Of a DNA stretch of 29,327 nt, positions 23,877-29,327 are shown piece after piece. Each line of letters opens with the position of its first letter. Within the stretch, counting starts at the first letter, position 1. A program made the position numbers and the translations under genes. This DNA comes from a virus (lineage: Duplodnaviria > Caudoviricetes), in the IMG/VR virus record IMGVR_UViG_3300005805_000332, positions 1 to 29,327 of that record. One strand, given 5' to 3'. The notes below the pieces were generated by a model. That model searched no databases. It was given only the letters and a program-made list of their open reading frames with translations, and had not been told where the DNA came from.

Positions 23877-26800
23877 CTAGCTGCCGTATTTAGCTTCAAT
23901 AGCTTGTAGTGCTCTAGGAGATAAATAAACACCATTTACGCTATCGTTTATTGCTTTTTCACGAGCTTTCATAGATGTGTTTATACCACTGTTTGTTATA
24001 ACGTAAGGTCTATCTGGATTTTTTTCATTAAACCTTTCAATTTTTTCATAGATCTTATCTTCAGAATCTACGTCACCATTAGATTTAGCTAGGTACAAAG
24101 CATCAAGTAATCCATCACGTCTTTTTAAAAGTTTTGAATCAACTTGTTTTTTAAAGCTGCCTTCAATATAAGCTTCTGATACATTTTCTGGAGTAAATCC
24201 AAAAAACTGCATAAACTGATTATATCCATTTACATCATCAACAAGAGATGCACCATTAGGATTTTTAGCTCCTTCTGTTGCAAAACGTAAAGCTTTTAAT
24301 GGATTCTTAATAAATGATGGTAACATCTTTTCTAAACCACGTTCCCATTGACCATTAGCTATCATAGCTGGACCATCTTGTAATACTGTTTTACCAGTAC
24401 TAAATGTAGGACCAAATAAATGTTCTATAAAGTATGATGCATAACCAACTTCTGCAAGTCGTTTAGGATCATCTCTCCATACCATGCCATTAAAACCTGT
24501 TCTAGAAGCTATGTCTATACCAAATATTAAATTAGTAGGTCCTTTATACCCTAACATACCAAATGACTCTCTAATTTCTTGATCTAAATCATAAGGTTCG
24601 TCATCGTCTGCAAATAACATATTAGCTAATACTTGAACAGCTCCATATAAAGGAACACCTTGTAATCCTGCTAAAGCAAAGTTCATTCCATAGATACCAA
24701 TAAGTTGACGACGTGCTACTTTCTTTTCCATAGGAGACATGCCATTTTTAGCAGCGTTAAACAATGTGTAAATATTAAATATTTGAGCCATAGCAAAACG
24801 TTTAAATATAAGCATTACTTTAGGTAAACCTGCTTGTAAGAATCTAGCACCTGATTCAGGAACAGCTTCAGTATGTATTTTTGTTGTAAATCTTACTGCA
24901 TGATCAATAGCAGCGTTAGTATCCATGCCATTAGCCTTAGCTAGTTTGTAAGCAGCAATAAGAGTTACTTCACGGTTAAATCTTTCAGTAGCTTCAAAAG
25001 TAAAACCTAAAAACGTACTTACTTTATTCATACGATCACTATATTGATCTGATGGTGCTTTACTAATATCATTTAAATCACGACCAATACTGTATTGAAT
25101 AGTGCCCATTTTAATTGCAGTATCATATAAAGCTTTTAAATCTGGTGATAAGTTATCATTTTTACCAAAGGTTCTTATAGTAAAATAATCTCTAGATGTA
25201 TCTTGACCACCTTTATAAAACAATCTTCTTGCTTCATTTAAAGCACTTAAAGCTTTACCATATTCATATTTACCTGTTATAGGATTAATGGCTAGTTGTG
25301 GTAATACTATAGTAGGTAGTATAGATACGTTAACAAGTGCTGATGATATGTTACCTGCAATACTATAAAAGAAGTTAACACCGCTTGCACCATAAACCCA
25401 TGGAGCAGCTATAGGGTTTTGAAAGAAGTCACGACGTTTACTAAGTTCACTCATTACATCAATTGCTACAGCAGACCCATCATTACCAGCTTCTGTTTGC
25501 ACTGCTGAATACGCTTTATCAATATCAGGTCCATGCTTAAGATTAGCTAATTGAGTTGCCATTTTAGGTGCAACTGTTGCATACCCTTGAACAACATCAC
25601 CAATGAAGCCTAGTGTACCTTCACGTTGTCTGAACTGTTGACGTAAAGACTCTGCTGGGAACAAAGTAATATAGGACTGATATGCTTTTTCAATAACTTC
25701 AGGACTTGCTCCACCTTGTTCCATGATCTTAACTATATCTGCCATAAAACCAACAGGTGGGGATGATGCACGAGTTATTTGTTCTATTCTACTAAAAGCA
25801 CGTAAATCTTTAGCTCCTTTAGATTTTAAATGATCATGCATGAGTTTTTGTTGTCTAGGATTATCATATGCTAAAGACACAGTATCATTGTTGCCATCGG
25901 TAAACTGAATCCAGTAATTACCTTGACGTAAGAATGGGAAATAGAAAGGTAGTTTTTTAGACTCAAACTTATCTCTTAAAGCTTTGCCGCTACCAGGTGT
26001 TGATTCTGCTAGAAAATCAATCATCTCATTAACCATTTTTTCATATGACTCAACAATTTCTATTCCTGCTTTTTGTAGGTCAGCTGGCAGTGCTTTCCAT
26101 GCCTGAACCATAGGATGATTATCGTTGCCTTTACCTGGTCTTGGATCAATATTTAATCTTGATAACTCATGTGCCACGAAGTTAAAGCGTTTAACAACTG
26201 CGGGTGGTTTACCTTTTAGAGCTTTGATACCATTGTTAGCTACGTGGTCTATAGCATCTTTATAGTTCTTATGAGTATGGCCACGAAGTTTTAACTGAGT
26301 ATCTAAATCTTTAATAGATGGTAATGTAGCACCGTACATTTCATCTAAATCACCTAGAGATGTAAATCCTAAAAATACTTTACGTAGTGAGGAAGGTAGT
26401 TTAGATACAAGATCTTTACCTTTACCCATAATACCTTCTTTAAATGTAGGTAGATTTGCATAAATTAAATTAGGAGAGTTCATTAAATCTATTGATGCTG
26501 CAGTATCACTTGCAGGCATGCTCAATGAATAATGACTTGTAGGTTCTGTGGCTAAATCAGCAGCTACTTGAGCCGCTGGCGTAAGAGCTACATTAGGTCC
26601 TTTAAATAAGGATGAACTTAAATCAAACACATCGCCTAATAATGATTGTGCAGCTTTAGGTACACCTAACATATCTTTAATTGCTGCAAATAAGTCATTA
26701 AACAACGAAGTTAACTTATTTTTTAAGCTTGGCTTAGCCCCAGTGATTGATGGTTGGTTAGCTAAGAAGTTTTGGAAATCAGGACTACTAAATGCTTCTG

Positions 26801-29327
26801 CAATAAATTCGTATACGTTTTCTAAACCATAGCGTTTACTTTTTGCGTCAGCAGCTTCTTGAGCTGCGTTATAAATACGCATAATCTTTTTACCTAGTGG
26901 TGTAACGCCTACGCCGTTTATAATATTGTTCTTAAGTACTTTTACAGTAGCAGCATGTACAACTTCATGTAACAAAGTATTAACAGTGCTACTTTGATAT
27001 AGCTTAACAATGTTTGTTTTTTCGTCATATTCACCACCATAAATAGGTTCGGTTTCATAGAATACATCAGATTCGCCAATTACACGACCATTAGCATCTT
27101 TAATAGGTGTAGTTTTAGGTACTTGACGTTCACCTATAATGCTTCTAATTTCTTCATAGCGTTGTAATTTATTACCACGTCTTGAGTCAGGATGTTTAAA
27201 TACACCAAAGTTCATTTCCGCAATACCAGGTATTTTTAATAATGCGTTAACTAGTATTTTTTGTGGGATGTTTAAACCAGGAAAGTTTTTACTTTTCTTT
27301 TGTTTGAGTAAACGTTTTAATGCTTGACCTACAGTTTTATCTTCACCAAATTGTTTTTGAAATGCAGATAATTCTATATCTTTAGGCAAGATTGTAGATT
27401 CAAAAGCACCTTCTTGTTCCATACGTGCTTCTTTTTCTTTTCTTTCTGCTTTAGATTCTTCTTCAAATAAACTTTTTTCAGGTAAGTTAACTTTCTTAGC
27501 TACCTTTTCAGCTAACTCGTTTCTATGCATTTTAATGATAGTATCAGCAGCTTCTTGATTTAATTGATTCTTATTTTTTAAAGCACGAACGTCTCTTTTA
27601 AGTTTAGATGAAAGTTCATTATAAGAAATAGTAGAACTTAAAGCATCAAAAGTATCACCTACAGGTTCATTACTAATAGCTACTTGTGCAGCACCTTGAG
27701 CTTGTTGTAATTCTTTTTTAGTTATAGGTTTAACTTCAGGTGTTTTTGGTTGTGTTTGTTTTCTAGCTTCTAATTCTTTAATATATTCGCGTGTTTTACT
27801 AAAACGTTCTTCTTGATTAGGATAAAAATATGTTAATCTAGAAATATAATCACCTAATTTAGTCATTGGAGTGGACCAAGGATCTCCAGCAAACTTCTGA
27901 GCAGACTGTCCCCAAGCTGTAAGTTCTTTTTCTAATGCATTTCTTTCATTAACTAAAGGCATATGTCTTGCAAAATAATTGCCTTGATTTCTAGTTTTAG
28001 GAACCTTATCTAAAATAGTTGTTAATTCACTTATTTTTTTATAAAGCGATTCCATTTTATCTAGATAATCACTAACAACATCTAATCTAGGTTCTTTTAT
28101 TTCATTAGCAGGGTCTGCTAAATCTTTAGGAGTATGTTTAGGTTTACCTATATTAGGGCCATACGTTTCTTCTACAGAATCTATTAATGATGTTGCGACA
28201 CCTTGCTCTCCTCTAGCAGCTGCTCCAGTATCAGTTGTACCGAAAGCCATTGTATCTCCGAGAGGTTCTCCAGCCCCTTCGGTAACTCCGTCCTGTCGTC
28301 GTACAGATACACCATCGCTTGTTCCAGTTGCTGAGCGCTCAAGTCCTTGAGTTGTGGTTCCATCTTCAGTCCTTTCTTGAGGGGTTAATTGAGTTTCAAT
28401 TTGTTTTAGTTGATTCATAAAAGATTCAACTGCAGCGGCTTTTTCTGTTTTAGGTCCGTACTTTTCAAAGTGACTTTCTAAACGTCTTTGTATGATTTTG
28501 TTTTGATTTAAATCATATGCATCAAGCCCTACTAATGTATCATGAATACCCAACTGTTTATTTCTTTTATCTTTACCTGCAGTTATACCTACACCTAAAT
28601 CTTTAGACAATAACTCAGGAGTAATAATTAATGATTTAACAGGTTCTTCTGGCGCCGCTGGATAACCAAATAAGTCACCTTGTTTAGACTCTGCTAATTG
28701 TTGCGCTTTAACATCTTCTATTGTAGTAGTAAACGGAAGTTGATCCTGTGCTGTATAAGTTACAGGTTTTATTTGTTCTTCTTGAGTTGGTATAGGAGCA
28801 GCAGTTGCGCCACCAGGACCTGCAAATAAATCACCTTGAGCAGATGTGGCTTGTTGTGCTTGAGCTGCTTGATCAACGGAACTAGATAACGGCAACATAT
28901 CTTGTTGCGTATACTGCTGATAATATCTAGCTTTTCTTTCTTCTTCCTCTTGTTGCTTTTGAAGTTCTTGAGCAGCTTTTATATCTTCAGCTTGTTGACG
29001 TTCATTCTTAGCTTGTCTGTTTTCAGCAATACCTGTGATAGGACCAAACGCACCACCAGTTAAAGCACCTCTAACAGCAGACTCCATAGCACGATCAAAA
29101 TCTTTACTATCAAAAATCTGTGGATTATTAGCTACAAATTTTTCAGCTGATATACTGATTAATTCTTGAGCAGCTTCGGTCACACCTTCGTAACCAGCAT
29201 TTTTTAAAACATTAGATCCAATCGAACGAAGTAAACTTTTATCAGTACCTGATTTTTCTAATACTTTTTCAACTAAACCTACTCTAGCAGCAGGTGTTAA
29301 TGATTTTAATATAGCGCTTGGTAATAC
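23877..29327 (-). CDS. Giant polyvalent / internal virion protein (partial, >1816 aa) with zincin-like metallopeptidase and PLxRFG-like region
   Basis: Frame stays open from 29183 to the window edge (48 more codons). EGVTEAAQE motif; LLHEVVH (26955-26969) plus EFIAEAF; YFPFLRQGNY; long helical C-terminal region. Confidence 0.8.
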   Translation of the reverse strand, partial: VLPSAILKSLTPAARVGLVEKVLEKSGTDKSLLRSIGSNVLKNAGYEGVTEAAQELISISAEKFVANNPQIFDSKDFDRAMESAVRGALTGGAFGPITGIAENRQAKNERQQAEDIKAAQELQKQQEEEERKARYYQQYTQQDMLPLSSSVDQAAQAQQATSAQGDLFAGPGGATAAPIPTQEEQIKPVTYTAQDQLPFTTTIEDVKAQQLAESKQGDLFGYPAAPEEPVKSLIITPELLSKDLGVGITAGKDKRNKQLGIHDTLVGLDAYDLNQNKIIQRRLESHFEKYGPKTEKAAAVESFMNQLKQIETQLTPQERTEDGTTTQGLERSATGTSDGVSVRRQDGVTEGAGEPLGDTMAFGTTDTGAAARGEQGVATSLIDSVEETYGPNIGKPKHTPKDLADPANEIKEPRLDVVSDYLDKMESLYKKISELTTILDKVPKTRNQGNYFARHMPLVNERNALEKELTAWGQSAQKFAGDPWSTPMTKLGDYISRLTYFYPNQEERFSKTREYIKELEARKQTQPKTPEVKPITKKELQQAQGAAQVAISNEPVGDTFDALSSTISYNELSSKLKRDVRALKNKNQLNQEAADTIIKMHRNELAEKVAKKVNLPEKSLFEEESKAERKEKEARMEQEGAFESTILPKDIELSAFQKQFGEDKTVGQALKRLLKQKKSKNFPGLNIPQKILVNALLKIPGIAEMNFGVFKHPDSRRGNKLQRYEEIRSIIGERQVPKTTPIKDANGRVIGESDVFYETEPIYGGEYDEKTNIVKLYQSSTVNTLLHEVVHAATVKVLKNNIINGVGVTPLGKKIMRIYNAAQEAADAKSKRYGLENVYEFIAEAFSSPDFQNFLANQPSITGAKPSLKNKLTSLFNDLFAAIKDMLGVPKAAQSLLGDVFDLSSSLFKGPNVALTPAAQVAADLATEPTSHYSLSMPASDTAASIDLMNSPNLIYANLPTFKEGIMGKGKDLVSKLPSSLRKVFLGFTSLGDLDEMYGATLPSIKDLDTQLKLRGHTHKNYKDAIDHVANNGIKALKGKPPAVVKRFNFVAHELSRLNIDPRPGKGNDNHPMVQAWKALPADLQKAGIEIVESYEKMVNEMIDFLAESTPGSGKALRDKFESKKLPFYFPFLRQGNYWIQFTDGNNDTVSLAYDNPRQQKLMHDHLKSKGAKDLRAFSRIEQITRASSPPVGFMADIVKIMEQGGASPEVIEKAYQSYITLFPAESLRQQFRQREGTLGFIGDVVQGYATVAPKMATQLANLKHGPDIDKAYSAVQTEAGNDGSAVAIDVMSELSKRRDFFQNPIAAPWVYGASGVNFFYSIAGNISSALVNVSILPTIVLPQLAINPITGKYEYGKALSALNEARRLFYKGGQDTSRDYFTIRTFGKNDNLSPDLKALYDTAIKMGTIQYSIGRDLNDISKAPSDQYSDRMNKVSTFLGFTFEATERFNREVTLIAAYKLAKANGMDTNAAIDHAVRFTTKIHTEAVPESGARFLQAGLPKVMLIFKRFAMAQIFNIYTLFNAAKNGMSPMEKKVARRQLIGIYGMNFALAGLQGVPLYGAVQVLANMLFADDDEPYDLDQEIRESFGMLGYKGPTNLIFGIDIASRTGFNGMVWRDDPKRLAEVGYASYFIEHLFGPTFSTGKTVLQDGPAMIANGQWERGLEKMLPSFIKNPLKALRFATEGAKNPNGASLVDDVNGYNQFMQFFGFTPENVSEAYIEGSFKKQVDSKLLKRRDGLLDALYLAKSNGDVDSEDKIYEKIERFNEKNPDRPYVITNSGINTSMKAREKAINDSVNGVYLSPRALQAIEAKYGS

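Noticed and set aside
23860-23900. Bidirectional terminator between convergent gene blocks
   Set aside because: Stop codons are 1 bp apart and no convincing hairpin or U-tract is visible

Overview
AT-rich segment of a tailed dsDNA bacteriophage (Caudoviricetes, probably podovirus-like). Consensus sigma70 promoters and IHF sites point to a proteobacterial host. Layout: (i) end of an upstream gene plus terminator (1-86); (ii) a ~700-bp non-coding, repeat-rich origin-like region with five IHF-consensus boxes and ATTGGAAC repeats in both orientations; (iii) an early region of many small + strand genes driven by two related strong promoters and punctuated by five copies of a 30-bp palindrome. It includes a SleB-type cell wall hydrolase, a lipoprotein, TraR/DksA-like Zn fingers, DUF6878/DUF6915-like genes and a MoxR-type AAA ATPase + metallopeptidase/vWA pair; (iv) a replication module (VRR-NUC, DUF3310, family A DNA polymerase, 2OG-Fe(II) oxygenase-like, Cas4-like nuclease, two HNH nucleases, SNF2 helicase, SSB-like, HTH, primase-helicase) with two highly structured intergenic leaders that look like RNA switches; (v) on the - strand, the 3' >5.4 kb of a giant polyvalent/virion protein (HExxH peptidase, PLxRFG-like) that runs off the window. 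No integrase, RNA polymerase, tRNA, rRNA or CRISPR array was recognised. Family names come from motif recognition, not database searches.
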